From a bacterium (GTDB taxonomy: Bacteria > Patescibacteriota > Patescibacteriia > JAGPKW01), in assembly GCA_021780535.1 (NCBI GenBank), contig JAJXYN010000009.1, forward strand, positions 5,631-69,630: 64,000 nucleotides of DNA. The letters run 5' to 3'. Position numbers and translations under genes: made by a program. Of the stretch, positions 20,994 to 31,816 are shown one piece after another; within the stretch, counting starts at the first letter, position 1, and each line of letters opens with the position of its first letter. The notes beneath the pieces are model-generated. The model worked only from the letters and a program-made list of their open reading frames with translations, did no database searches and was not told the origin of the DNA.

Positions 20994-22190
20994 TTATATT
21001 TTTCCTAAAATTAGAAGAAAACCCATTATTAATAGAACAATACCCGCAAACAATCTCATGTACTTTTTATATTTTTCTTGACCTACTGCAAGTTTTTCAC
21101 CATTTTTTATTTTATCTGAAGACATAAAAACAGTTAACACTATAATTGTTGAAGGCACTATAAATGCTAAATTATATATCAATAAAGTTAAAAGTACATT
21201 TATACTATCTTTTGTAGCTGCTATATATGTTAATGGTATTCCAATGGCACAAGGAGAAGCTACTAATGAAGAAAATATTGCTAATATAAACGCACTTAAA
21301 TACGTTCCTCTTCTACCTATTAATTCTATTATAGGTTTAGCAAATTTTGGTATTCTTAATGTTAGCCCTTGACCATAGAAAAAGAAATCTTTTATTTCTA
21401 ACGCTGCAAAAAACAATGCCAACACGCCTATTATTACTTTAAACACGCCAACATAAGGTAATATGACTGACATATTAAATAATAAATTATGCAAACCAAA
21501 CATTACTGAATAGTAAAATATAAATACAGTAGAAACAAATATTAAACCAGATATAATTACTTTTCTTTTTGATCCTATTGATATTAAATGTGTTAATAAA
21601 AATATTAATACCCCAAACATACATGGGTTAATACCATCTACTACACCTAGTATAACACCGAAAACAATTGGACCCACGTCTTTTAACTTAACTCCACCCA
21701 ATATAGACACATCTTCTGTTTTTGTTTGACCATATTTTATAATATTTGGATCTATTTGACCGCTTTTTTCATAATTCAATAAAATTTGATAAGGATCTAT
21801 ATACTCTGTTTGTGCTCCATATTTTTTTATTAATTGTTCTGTTGATTCTAAATTTTCTCCAAAAACATATTCATACCCAACTATAGTCACCGGAACACCA
21901 TTAAAATTTGCATTATATGCTTTTGCAAATCTACCCATTAAATCTTGGTTGTTTTTATCATAATATACTTCGTATTTTTTTAATTCAAAGTTATATTTTT
22001 GAGATAATGTATCTAAATATCCTAATTCTTTCTTACAATGAGGACATGTTTCTCCATGAAATATATAAACAGTTATTAGGTTTCCTTCTTTTGCATTTAC
22101 CACAAATGGATTAAAAAAGGTAAGAAACAAAAAGCAAGAAACAAAAACAACGGAAAAGTAACTTATTATTTTTTTTATATTTATATTCAT
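20994..22190 (-). CDS. Glutaredoxin/thioredoxin domain fused to a CcdA/DsbD transmembrane domain
   Basis: CPHC and GVP motifs; DGINPC and ASPC membrane cysteines. Confidence 0.85.
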   Translation of the reverse strand: MNINIKKIISYFSVVFVSCFLFLTFFNPFVVNAKEGNLITVYIFHGETCPHCKKELGYLDTLSQKYNFELKKYEVYYDKNNQDLMGRFAKAYNANFNGVPVTIVGYEYVFGENLESTEQLIKKYGAQTEYIDPYQILLNYEKSGQIDPNIIKYGQTKTEDVSILGGVKLKDVGPIVFGVILGVVDGINPCMFGVLIFLLTHLISIGSKRKVIISGLIFVSTVFIFYYSVMFGLHNLLFNMSVILPYVGVFKVIIGVLALFFAALEIKDFFFYGQGLTLRIPKFAKPIIELIGRRGTYLSAFILAIFSSLVASPCAIGIPLTYIAATKDSINVLLTLLIYNLAFIVPSTIIVLTVFMSSDKIKNGEKLAVGQEKYKKYMRLFAGIVLLIMGFLLILGKI

Positions 22191-22256
22191 ATTGTTTTTT
22201 TATTTTTATCCATTCAAATATATTAACAATAAAATGTTTATAATTCAATCACATTA

Positions 22257-22538
22257 TTAACAGAAGTCACATATTTCATCTTGTTTTATTTCTTTTCCGT
22301 TAAATATGTCTTTTATTTCTTGCTCTGTTAAAGCTTGCCCTGTTGATTTTATAATTCCATTTATCAAAAGAGCTGGACTAAATACTACTCCTCTTTTTAT
22401 TATTTCTACCAATTCTGTTGTTTTAGAATAACCTATATTAATATTCAATTCTTCTAATACTTTTTTTAGATTACTTTCTAAAATTATACATTTTTTACAA
22501 TTTGTTCCCAATATTTCTATTTTTTGTAGTTCTATCAT
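22257..22538 (-). CDS. Small thioredoxin-family protein (MTH895-like)
   Basis: IEILGTNCKKC...GVVFSPALLING. Confidence 0.85.
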   Translation of the reverse strand: MIELQKIEILGTNCKKCIILESNLKKVLEELNINIGYSKTTELVEIIKRGVVFSPALLINGIIKSTGQALTEQEIKDIFNGKEIKQDEICDFC

Positions 22539-22600
22539 TGTTGCTGTTGTTTATTTATTTATATTTTGTATAATGGATTTATATTGTTAGATATAAAAAT

Positions 22601-23314
22601 ATGAATTTATTATACAAATTTTTTGAAAAGATATTAGGTAAAAGCACTTTATATTATCCTGGTTGTTTTACTAAAAATATATTACCTGGTATAGAAAAAA
22701 ATTATGAAGAAATACTAAATAATCTTGGTGTTAATTTTATAAAACTTAAAGATCTAGAATACTGCTGTGGTAGCCCTGTTTTGCGGGCTGGAATGAAGAA
22801 TGATTTTGAAGAAATTAAAAATAAAAACATAGAAATATTTAAAAATCATAACGTGGGTTTAATAATAACAAATTGCCCAGCTTGTTTCAATATGTTTAAA
22901 TTTGAATATAAATTAAGTGAGCAAGGGATTGAGGTTGAACACATTACTCAAACGATAAATAGAAAAAGTCCAAAATTACAAGTTTTAAATTTAAAAGATA
23001 TTTTCTATCATGATCCGTGCCATCTTGGTAGATTATCAAATATATATGACGAGCCACGTGATATATTACGTAACAATGGCTACAATGTTTGTGAATTTTC
23101 AAAAAACAGAGAAAACTCTTTTTGTTGTGGAGGAGGTGGTGGTTTAGTTAATAACAACCCCGAATTATCTAAAAATATTGCTGAAAAATGTTTATCTGAA
23201 TTACTTAAAGATTCTACAATTACTAGCCCTTGCCCTATGTGTTTTTATCAATTTAAAAACAATTCTGACAGTATTGATGTTAAGGAATTTTCCGAAATTA
23301 TTTTAGATAAATAG
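22601..23314 (+). CDS. CCG-domain Fe-S protein (GlcF/HdrB-like)
   Basis: YYPGC, CCGSP, CPAC, YHDPCHLGR, CCGGGGG, CPMC. Confidence 0.9.
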   Translation: MNLLYKFFEKILGKSTLYYPGCFTKNILPGIEKNYEEILNNLGVNFIKLKDLEYCCGSPVLRAGMKNDFEEIKNKNIEIFKNHNVGLIITNCPACFNMFKFEYKLSEQGIEVEHITQTINRKSPKLQVLNLKDIFYHDPCHLGRLSNIYDEPRDILRNNGYNVCEFSKNRENSFCCGGGGGLVNNNPELSKNIAEKCLSELLKDSTITSPCPMCFYQFKNNSDSIDVKEFSEIILDK

Positions 23315-23327
23315 ATTACTTCGATTT

Positions 23328-23708
23328 ATGAATAATAATTCTAATCAAAATTTGAAATGTACTAATTGTGGTTTATGTAGAAATGTCTGCCCTGCTTTTA
23401 GTGTTCTTAAGGATGAATTCGTTTCTCCTAGATCTAAAAATAATTTAATTGATGAATTTATTAAAGGTGAAATTAAAGTTGATGGTAAATATTTCTACGA
23501 TTTCTGTAATGGTTGTCTGGCTTGTAAAACCGCATGCCCTATTGGTATTGGATTTGATGTTATTGAGGCCAGAAGTAAACTTGTTGAAAATGGATTTATT
23601 TCTGATGAAAATAAAACTATGGTAGAAAATATTAAAAATTTTAGAACACCATTTGGGGATAGAGAAGATATTAAAGAAAGTTCTGAAGCTAAACTTTATT
23701 GTTGTTAA
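23328..23708 (+). CDS. 4Fe-4S dicluster protein
   Basis: CTNCGLCRNVCP and CNGCLACKTACP. Confidence 0.9.
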   Translation: MNNNSNQNLKCTNCGLCRNVCPAFSVLKDEFVSPRSKNNLIDEFIKGEIKVDGKYFYDFCNGCLACKTACPIGIGFDVIEARSKLVENGFISDENKTMVENIKNFRTPFGDREDIKESSEAKLYCC

Positions 23709-23732
23709 AAAATAATTCAATTTTAAAACACT

Positions 23733-24887
23733 GTGATAAAAAAATCTGACAATATCTACAAATATATATATTCTATTGACGCTTCACATTTAGAAGCTCC
23801 TATTTGTGATTCTATTTATTTTCCTGAATCTAAAAATGATATTTTTGATATTTTAAAAATTGCTATCACTGAAAATAAAAAAATTTCTTTACGTGGTGCT
23901 GGAACAAATCTTGTTGGTAATTGTCTTCCTAGTGATAATTCTATAATAATTGATTTTTCTAAATTAAATAAAATTAATTTTGAAAATAATAATTTAATCG
24001 TAGAATCTGGAGTTGTATTAGATGACTTAAATTTATTTTTAGAAAAATATAATTTATTTTTTCCTGTTGTACCTGGTAGTCATTCTAATTGCTTAATTGG
24101 TGGGATGATGGCTACAAATGCTGTTGGTATGAGGGGTTTTAAATATGGGAAAATGATAGATTGGATAAATTCTGCTGAAATTATCTATATTGATGAAAAT
24201 AAAAATATAATTGAAAAAAATATTTCTGGAGATGAATTAAAATATTTTTGTGGCACTGAGGGATTTTCTGGAATTATTCTAAAAGCTAATTTAAAAACTT
24301 CTATTAAACCTAAAAATATTTCTTTAGATTTTTTTAATTTTGATAATGTGAATGATTTGATTAATAAAGTTTATGAAATAAAAAAAAATCAGAAAGTTTC
24401 TGCTATTGAATTTATTGATAAAGAAGTTTCTACTTTTATTAATCTTGAAGAAAAATTTTATTTATTAATTGAATATGAAAATGAAATTGGAAATATAAAA
24501 AATCTTGAAGAAATAAAAAAAATATGGGACTTAAGAGATGCTTGCTACCCAACATGTGCTGCTAATGGTTTTATTTTAATTGAAGATCCTCAAATTGAAA
24601 ATGAAGAAAATTTAATTAAATTAATTAATTGGCTTTGTGAAAATAATATCCCAATTTTCGGGCATATTGGTTTAGGAATTATTCATCCTCATTTTAAAAT
24701 AGATCAAAATACTTTAATAGATGAGATGTATAAATTTGTTAAAGAGCTTGACGGTAAGGTTTCTGGTGAACATGGTATTGGTATTAAAAAAAATAAATTT
24801 TTATCACAAGATGAAAAAAATTATTTTATTGAACTCAAGAAAAAATTTGATCCTTTGTGTTTTTTTAGTGTGAATAATATTATTTAA
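23733..24887 (+). CDS. FAD-binding oxidoreductase (GlcD/D-lactate dehydrogenase family)
   Basis: RGAGTNLVG, IGGMMATNA, GTEG, GHIGLGIIH, SGEHGIG, FDP. Confidence 0.9.
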   Translation: MIKKSDNIYKYIYSIDASHLEAPICDSIYFPESKNDIFDILKIAITENKKISLRGAGTNLVGNCLPSDNSIIIDFSKLNKINFENNNLIVESGVVLDDLNLFLEKYNLFFPVVPGSHSNCLIGGMMATNAVGMRGFKYGKMIDWINSAEIIYIDENKNIIEKNISGDELKYFCGTEGFSGIILKANLKTSIKPKNISLDFFNFDNVNDLINKVYEIKKNQKVSAIEFIDKEVSTFINLEEKFYLLIEYENEIGNIKNLEEIKKIWDLRDACYPTCAANGFILIEDPQIENEENLIKLINWLCENNIPIFGHIGLGIIHPHFKIDQNTLIDEMYKFVKELDGKVSGEHGIGIKKNKFLSQDEKNYFIELKKKFDPLCFFSVNNII

Positions 24888-24940
24888 AATTACTTTATAA
24901 GTATATTTATTTTTTGTATTAACCATTTATTACTATTATA

Positions 24941-26029
24941 CTATCTAAAAATTTTAATTAATTCATCAACCACTTTCTCCCAATTATATTTTTCTTTTAT
25001 TGAATCAATGCAATTTATTTGCATTTTTTTATATTCTTCCTGATTATTAAAATATATTTCTAATATTTTTTCTATTTGTTGTTTTAATGATTCTACACTA
25101 TTTGGTTCACATAAAAATCCTCTATCACCTACTACTGACCTTACTCCTGCTATATTAGATGCTATAACTGGTGTGCCACATGCAAATGATTCTATTAAAA
25201 CCAACCCGAATGCTTCTCCCTTATCTATTGATGGAGCTATTTCACATATAGACTTTTGATATTCTTGTTTTAATTCTTCATCACCACAATTTGAAATAAA
25301 TTCTATTAAAGAATTATTCGAAATATTTTTATAATAATCCAACATTTCTCCATTCCCAATTATTTTTAATTTTACATTATTTATATTATTTATTTTTGAA
25401 AATGCTTTTATAAGATTTTCTAACCCTTTAAAATAATGTTGCTTATCTAATTTTGCTACAAATAATATTTGATTTTGTTTTTCTATATTTTCGTCATAAT
25501 TAAATTTTTCTGTATCTACACCAAACGGTATTTCTATAGATTTATTTTCTTTTGACTGCAAAATATATTTTGTAGCTACTGAATTTTCTCCATAATCTTT
25601 TGTAGAAAAAATTATTTTATCTGATTTTTTTAATATTAATGGTAATATAAATTTATTATGCAATGCAAAAAATATTTTTCTTAATATATCCCCACCAATA
25701 ACATCCATATGATACCTAATAATTATTTTTGCTTTTATTTTTTTTGACAACAACAATTCGGCAAGACCATAAGCTGGATAATGCAAATAAATTATATCAA
25801 AATTCCCTTCACTTATTTTTTTTATTAAATCAAAACAAAGTGCTCCAAAACCTATTTGTAAGTTTGGTTTTAAATATTCTAACTCATAATTTATTTCTAT
25901 CTTTTTACCATAGTCTGGAACAAATACTTTAAATTCTATATTTCTTTTTTTTAATTCGTTTGCTTCAAAATCTAGAACGCGACCCATTCCACCGTGATAT
26001 GGCAATACTCCTGATATTATTGCTATTTT
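24941..26029 (-). CDS. Glycosyltransferase family 4
   Basis: MKIAIIS (likely start 26029), FKGLENLI, EAFGLVLIESFACGTPVIAS. Confidence 0.9.
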   Translation of the reverse strand, partial: KIAIISGVLPYHGGMGRVLDFEANELKKRNIEFKVFVPDYGKKIEINYELEYLKPNLQIGFGALCFDLIKKISEGNFDIIYLHYPAYGLAELLLSKKIKAKIIIRYHMDVIGGDILRKIFFALHNKFILPLILKKSDKIIFSTKDYGENSVATKYILQSKENKSIEIPFGVDTEKFNYDENIEKQNQILFVAKLDKQHYFKGLENLIKAFSKINNINNVKLKIIGNGEMLDYYKNISNNSLIEFISNCGDEELKQEYQKSICEIAPSIDKGEAFGLVLIESFACGTPVIASNIAGVRSVVGDRGFLCEPNSVESLKQQIEKILEIYFNNQEEYKKMQINCIDSIKEKYNWEKVVDELIKIFR

Positions 26030-26034
26030 CATAT

Positions 26035-27135
26035 TTACCATCTAATTATTAATTTTAAAAATTTATAATATATTTTTAATAATCCATTTGCAAACATGTC
26101 TAACAATGGACTTTTTATACTATCAAATTGTATTATGTCTGCCATTTCTAATATTAGATCTCTGTCTGTTATTTTTCTTATTTTTTGTATTTCTTTTCTA
26201 TATTTTAATATTTTTGGCAATCCTTTAAAAAAATCAAAGTATGATTTCATTTTTAATTTAAACCATTTTGTCATTATAGAATAAATAATCATTCCACCTT
26301 CCATCATTATAAACATTGGCAATATTGCTATTATAGTTCTCCATTTATAAAAAGTTATTATATTCCAAAATCTATTTCTTTCTGTAAAATAAAATTTATA
26401 AGTTCCGGAGCTTGGACCAAATTTATAATCATGATCTACAAGTGGTTCATTTATAAGATTTACTGTATAGCCTAAATACTTCATCTTCAATTGTATTTGA
26501 CTATCTTCATGATACATTTCATATTCTTCTGGGAATAAACCAACCTCTTTTAATACAGAGACTCTAAACATACACCCTGCACCCATTGCATAATTTATAT
26601 TTTCTCCATTTTTGTAGTTTTCTTGCTTATATTCTTTATTAAAATCTCTACAAAATCCTATGCTTAAATAATTTAAAGAAACTCCACTGCTGTTTATTTT
26701 CTCTGTTTCTTTAACCATTATTATAGGTTGAGAACTTGCACATTTTGGATTTTCATCCATAAATTTTTCTATTTTTTCTAATCCTCCTTCTCTCAAAAAT
26801 GCATCTTGATTCAATAAAAATATATACTCACTATTATTAGAAATCGCTTTTTCCATTCCTATATTATTACCTTTTGCAAAATATGTATTTTTACTTGAAA
26901 GATATAAATAAGTATTTTTTAAATGAGTACTAACCCATATATCATTTGGTGTTGAATTTACAATATCATCACAAAGTAGTTTTCTAAATATTTCTGCAGT
27001 TCTATCTGTTGATTTATTTTCTACTATTAAAAGTTCTATATCTTCTCTTGAATCTAAAATTGGTTTTATTTTTTCAAAAAATTCATTAAACCATTTTTCA
27101 AAATTATATGTTACTAATATTATAGAAGTTTTCAT
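26035..27135 (-). CDS. Glycosyltransferase family 2 (rhamnosyltransferase-like)
   Basis: SIILVTYN, FAKGNNIG, LLNQD, MYHED, ERNR. Confidence 0.9.
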   Translation of the reverse strand: MKTSIILVTYNFEKWFNEFFEKIKPILDSREDIELLIVENKSTDRTAEIFRKLLCDDIVNSTPNDIWVSTHLKNTYLYLSSKNTYFAKGNNIGMEKAISNNSEYIFLLNQDAFLREGGLEKIEKFMDENPKCASSQPIIMVKETEKINSSGVSLNYLSIGFCRDFNKEYKQENYKNGENINYAMGAGCMFRVSVLKEVGLFPEEYEMYHEDSQIQLKMKYLGYTVNLINEPLVDHDYKFGPSSGTYKFYFTERNRFWNIITFYKWRTIIAILPMFIMMEGGMIIYSIMTKWFKLKMKSYFDFFKGLPKILKYRKEIQKIRKITDRDLILEMADIIQFDSIKSPLLDMFANGLLKIYYKFLKLIIRW

Positions 27136-27224
27136 TTTATTAGATTCAGTATTTATATATAAATATTACCATTTTTCTTATAAAAGTAAATAAAAACAGG
27201 GCCCGTTTGGACCCTCTTTGAGGT

Positions 27225-28055
27225 TTAACTCTCAAAGTATCTATAAACTAGTGCTTTAGTTCTATGAAGCATATTACTCGCTAGCAGAATGCTTTTTCTC
27301 CTGCTTAGAAAATTGAACTTTGGGTTATATTCTATTATTATAGTTAGTTTACTTTCCCCATATATTCCTTCTTCGAAATTTATTTTCATGATCTGCAACA
27401 GGTGTCTGAATATTTGTATTTCTCTCAGACTCGCCCAATCATAATTTTCATGAACCGAATCAATATTGGTGGTTTTTCTAATAAACTCGTCAATATCAAT
27501 TACTGGCTGAAAATGAATCACTGGAGCAAAATTGCGTCTTAATTCATACACAACATCTTCTGCTTTCACTTGCTCCAACTTTTCATAATCGATCAAATGC
27601 CTTGTGTCTGCAACTAAAATTTGCCTACTTTCACAAGCATCTTTCAATACTTCTAGCGATACAACTGACAAGTTTGGAGAAATTTCGACAAGAGTATTTT
27701 CATACTCATCTTGTACTAAATCAATGAATTCGTGTGATATATGAGTTATTCTTCTTCTTGTGTGATTATCTACAACCATTTGTGCTGCTTTTTCTTTTTT
27801 GAAGAGCAAAAATAATTGCAGAATATCATCAAAAGCCCTACTTGCATCTATTTGCCAAAAATGTTGAAGTTCCGGTCTCCACACATCCTCATAACAAATT
27901 GTATCTTCCTCTAGCCCTGTTATTCCATTTTTCAATGGTAGGGCTTGGAAACCGTCGTATCCAACTCTTTTAGCGTCTTTTCTTGTATCATTAGCAGATC
28001 TCCCAATTTGCATGATGGAAATGTCACTAACGCCATATTCTATGGTTGTTTCCAT
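27225..28055 (-). CDS. Orphan protein, possible xylose-isomerase-like TIM barrel
   Basis: GGAGGG precedes ATG 28055; GYDGFQ, LVEI, ADTRH, IHFQ, IIIEY pattern. Confidence 0.55.
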   Translation of the reverse strand: METTIEYGVSDISIMQIGRSANDTRKDAKRVGYDGFQALPLKNGITGLEEDTICYEDVWRPELQHFWQIDASRAFDDILQLFLLFKKEKAAQMVVDNHTRRRITHISHEFIDLVQDEYENTLVEISPNLSVVSLEVLKDACESRQILVADTRHLIDYEKLEQVKAEDVVYELRRNFAPVIHFQPVIDIDEFIRKTTNIDSVHENYDWASLREIQIFRHLLQIMKINFEEGIYGESKLTIIIEYNPKFNFLSRRKSILLASNMLHRTKALVYRYFES

Positions 28056-28174
28056 GTTGCCCTCCATTTGTTTGTAATTTTAAAATAACACATTATTTAT
28101 AAAAAATCAATTATTAAATTGACTTTTATAACTTTTTGTTTTATTATATAAAAAATATTTGAGGAGGTATTTTT

Positions 28175-28762
28175 GTGAAAACTGACATCCTGCTAGTAAT
28201 TTCAAGGTGAGTCTTACCAATTGATATTATTGATAGGCACACGAAAAAAAATTGTACTGCGGCACTTGCCTTTGCAATTCAAAAATATAAATCAGAAAAC
28301 AAGTTCTCATTCTTTACTGTTGGTGGTGTTTTTCAGCCAGACAATATACAAAAAACAGCAATTGCAATTCTTATGAAAAGATTTTTAGAAAGTTGTTGTT
28401 TTGCAACAGCTCGACATTATAAAACTATATTTGAGAACCAATCTCTTGATACATGGCAAAATATTGAAAATTTTAAGAAAATTATTTTGGAAAATAAAAT
28501 TGATGTTGGTAATATATATGTTTTTGCTGATAGCTTTCACTCAATAAGAGTTTCATTGTTATTAAAATATCATGGATTTATAAATATTTTTAAAACACAC
28601 TCTTATATCAAACTTGACCTAAGGGAAAAAATAAAGGAAATCATTCTCATTGTTATGACCTTTATTGATCCTTCTGGCACTAAAAACCCCATTATTAAAC
28701 GGGTACTTGAAAAAGAGAGAAAACTTAGATCTTCTGGCAATACTTATCTTAAATATTCTTAG
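28175..28762 (+). pseudogene. YdcF/DUF218 (SanA/ElyC-like) gene with an in-frame TGA at codon 12
   Basis: GAGGAGG then GTG 28175, TGA 28208-28210, open frame continuing into ORF 28373..28762; motifs TVGG, ENQSLDTWQN, DSFHSIRV. Confidence 0.65.
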
Positions 28763-28793
28763 GAACAAAAAAGCGACCATAAGGTCGCAATTT

Positions 28794-29279
28794 TTATTTT
28801 ATAATAACGCTATTTAACCATTCGTCTACTTCTTTTATTATCTCTTCTTTTCTGCTTTTAACATTTTTAAACGCTTTTTCTGATGTTATATGGTTATCTT
28901 TCAAGAAAGATGTCATTTCTTTAAAAACCTTACCAAAAGAAACCTCGTGCGTTGCAAAAAGATACATATCTTTATCCTTCATCTTGTTTTTCTCTAAAAA
29001 TGTTCTTATTGGTGGTGTCATTGTAAACGCCCAAACCGGCGTGCCCAAAAAGATGTTTTCATAGTCTTCTAAATTTACATTAATCTTCTCTATTTCTGGT
29101 TTGGATTTCATGATAACATGTCTTCCTAACCAAAAATATTTCATAAGACCATTCCCGCCTTTTAGTTCTTTTATTGGTTTTATTTCAAAGATATCAACTT
29201 CTAGCTTTTTACTAATAAGCTCCGCTACAAATCTAGTACTCCCTTCATTAGAATAGTATAAAACTAATGTTTTTCCCAT
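28794..29279 (-). CDS. Flavodoxin family protein
   Basis: LVLYYSNEGSTRFVA, LGTPVWA, FATH. Confidence 0.9.
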   Translation of the reverse strand: MGKTLVLYYSNEGSTRFVAELISKKLEVDIFEIKPIKELKGGNGLMKYFWLGRHVIMKSKPEIEKINVNLEDYENIFLGTPVWAFTMTPPIRTFLEKNKMKDKDMYLFATHEVSFGKVFKEMTSFLKDNHITSEKAFKNVKSRKEEIIKEVDEWLNSVIIK

Positions 29280-29328
29280 TTATATTATTATTATTAATTA
29301 TCTTCTACATTATAATACGAAAATGAAA

Positions 29329-30042
29329 TTATTTGTATATATATTTTTTAAAGACTCTTATCAATATTTTAAACCTCTTTGCGAATAAGTGTTTTAAATT
29401 CATCCATCCATCTTTAAACGCATTTAATTTGGTTTTTCCCGTCCTCTCATAATATTCTATATTATATTCACCAAATTTTATATTTTTATTCAAAACTGCC
29501 TCCATTTTTATTTCTTGAGAAAGTGGCATTCCATCTGATTTTAAAATAATTCTGTCTAAAATTTTCATTTTAAAAACCCACATTCCAGTTTGAGAATCTT
29601 TAATATGTCTAAATGTTAATATATTAAACCACGCTGTTAGCCCCCAATTACCAACTTTATTTAACCAATACATTGATTTTTTATCTTTCAATGGAAACCT
29701 TGAACAATTTATAAAATCATAGTTATCGTCAATAAGCATATCTAATATTTTATTTAAATCATTCATTCCGTAAGTACCATCTGCATCGCAAGTAACTATA
29801 ATATCTGTATCTTCTGGAAAACTTCTAAATCCTTTTTTATAAGCGCTACCATAACCTGGTTTTTCTTCATCAACCACAATAAAACCAAAATTTTCAGCAA
29901 CCTCCTTTGTTTTATCTATTGAATTATTATTAACAGCAACAACGTGGTCTATATACGTTGGAATTAATTTTTGAGTTGCAACTAAACCTTCTTCTTCATT
30001 ATAACAAGGCATTATAACTGTAATGACTTTATTTTTATACAT
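29329..30042 (-). CDS. Glycosyltransferase family 2 (polyprenol-phosphate glycosyltransferase-like)
   Basis: VIMPCYNEE, GYGSA, DADGTY, DSQTG, ERTGKTKL. Confidence 0.9.
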   Translation of the reverse strand: MYKNKVITVIMPCYNEEEGLVATQKLIPTYIDHVVAVNNNSIDKTKEVAENFGFIVVDEEKPGYGSAYKKGFRSFPEDTDIIVTCDADGTYGMNDLNKILDMLIDDNYDFINCSRFPLKDKKSMYWLNKVGNWGLTAWFNILTFRHIKDSQTGMWVFKMKILDRIILKSDGMPLSQEIKMEAVLNKNIKFGEYNIEYYERTGKTKLNAFKDGWMNLKHLFAKRFKILIRVFKKYIYK

Positions 30043-30145
30043 TTTTTTGTTTTGACTTATTATTTTTCTACCTTATTTTTACTATATTTTTACGATTATG
30101 TCTATAATTTGTTAATAACAACAAAATCATATATTATATTAATAT

Positions 30146-30221
30146 GCCATTATAGCTCAGTTGGTAGAGCGTCTCCCTCGTAAAGAGAAGGTCAAGAGTT
30201 CGATTCTCTTTAATGGCTCCA
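30146..30221 (+). tRNA. tRNA-Thr(CGT)
   Basis: GCCATTA acceptor stem, D arm TAGCTCAGTTGGTAGAGC, loop CTCGTAA, GTTCGATTC, encoded CCA. Confidence 0.93.
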
Positions 30222-30256
30222 AAAATTAAAAATCCAGCTTTTACTGGATTTTTAAT

Positions 30257-31816
30257 TTATTCTCTTGGTCTCATTAATGGGAAAAATATGCAATCTCTCA
30301 AATTATCTTGTTTTAATAATAATGTTATAAATCTGTCTAACCCTAGACCAACTCCTGATATTGGTGGCATTCCATATCCCATTGCTTCTATATAATCATT
30401 ATCTCCTTGCATAGCTTCCTCATCACCTGTTTTTGCAGCTTTTTCTTGTTCTTGGAATCTTTCTTTTTGATCTATTGGGTCAACTAACTCTGAATATCCT
30501 TTTACAAGTTCCCAGCCATTAATTACTAATTGAAACTGATCAACCATATCTTTATTATCATCATTAACTCTAGCAAGTGGTTGCAATGCTTTTGGATAAT
30601 TATACAAGAATACTGGACCTATTAATTTTGGTCTAGAAACTTTTTTATAAAGATAGTCTATAGCTGTTGCAAGACTCATCTTGTCTATCCCATCTATTTT
30701 TATATTTTTAGATTTTAATTCTTTAACAAAAGAAACCCTATCTTCTTCTGTATTTTTAATATAATTTAATATGTTTATATCACAATCTTTTTTAATTAAT
30801 TCTACATAATCTAATCTTTCCCATTTTTTCAAGAAATCTACTTCTTTTATATTCCCTTCTTTATCTTTTATTGGTACTACTCTATCTAAATTTAACTTCT
30901 CAAAAACATTCTTAATCATTTTTTCTACATAATCCATATTTTCTTTATAACTCCAATATGCTGCATACCACTCAAAATGTGTATGCTCTGGAAGATGTGA
31001 TGGATCAATTCCTTCATTTCTAAATACCTTTCCTATTTCAAAAATTTTTTCATAACCACCTATTATTATTTTTTTATGTGGTAATTCATGAGAAATTCTA
31101 AGAACTAAATCTATATCTAATGCATTATTATGTGTATAATATGGCTTTGCTGCTGCCCCTGTTGCTTTTTGCTCTAGTGTTGGAGTTTCTACTTCTATAA
31201 AATTATTAGCCCACATAAATTCTCTAATTGTTTTTATAACATTAGATCTAAAAATAAATCTTTTTCTTACATCTTCATCTGTTAGTGTTTGTATATACCT
31301 TTGTCTTAAAACAACTTCTTCATCTACTATCCCGTGAAATTTTTCTGGCATTGGAGTAAGACATTTTCCTAAAAATGTTAATTCGTCAACTAAAACAGTT
31401 AATTCACCGTGATGGGTTTTGAATAATTCTCCCTCTACTCCTATATAATCACCTATATCAAGAAGTTTTTCTGTAAATTTGTATGAGTCCATTAAATCTG
31501 AATTTAATCCACTTACTTTTACAGTATCTTTTATAAAAGAGATCTGAATTCTTCCATCTTCATCTTGAAGTTGTGCAAAAGCTAATTTTCCATGTGTTCT
31601 ATAAATCATCATTCTACCTGCAACTTTTATTTTATTTTTAAATCCTGCTTTGATTTCTTCGGGTGTTCTTAATATTGTATTTTCTCCTATTTTTTTAGCT
31701 TCTGTACTTGAAATTTTCCCTAAATAATTTTCTGGGTATGTATTTATTCCTAATTCTTTGATTTTATTTAATTTTTCTAATCTTACTACTTTTTCGTCTA
31801 ATGAATTTATTTCCAT
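30257..31816 (-). CDS. lysS: Lysine--tRNA ligase (class II)
   Basis: OB-fold N-terminus, EVETPTL, FRNEGID, YGMPPISGVGLGLDR. Confidence 0.97.
   Translation of the reverse strand: MEINSLDEKVVRLEKLNKIKELGINTYPENYLGKISSTEAKKIGENTILRTPEEIKAGFKNKIKVAGRMMIYRTHGKLAFAQLQDEDGRIQISFIKDTVKVSGLNSDLMDSYKFTEKLLDIGDYIGVEGELFKTHHGELTVLVDELTFLGKCLTPMPEKFHGIVDEEVVLRQRYIQTLTDEDVRKRFIFRSNVIKTIREFMWANNFIEVETPTLEQKATGAAAKPYYTHNNALDIDLVLRISHELPHKKIIIGGYEKIFEIGKVFRNEGIDPSHLPEHTHFEWYAAYWSYKENMDYVEKMIKNVFEKLNLDRVVPIKDKEGNIKEVDFLKKWERLDYVELIKKDCDINILNYIKNTEEDRVSFVKELKSKNIKIDGIDKMSLATAIDYLYKKVSRPKLIGPVFLYNYPKALQPLARVNDDNKDMVDQFQLVINGWELVKGYSELVDPIDQKERFQEQEKAAKTGDEEAMQGDNDYIEAMGYGMPPISGVGLGLDRFITLLLKQDNLRDCIFFPLMRPRE

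Noticed and set aside
28208-28260. Selenocysteine recoding
   Set aside because: No bacterial SECIS-like hairpin follows the TGA, and the position is not a redox Cys site.
30172-30188. C31-A39 mismatch suggesting a pseudo-tRNA
   Set aside because: All other tRNA-Thr elements and the CCA are intact; single anticodon-stem mismatches occur in functional tRNAs.
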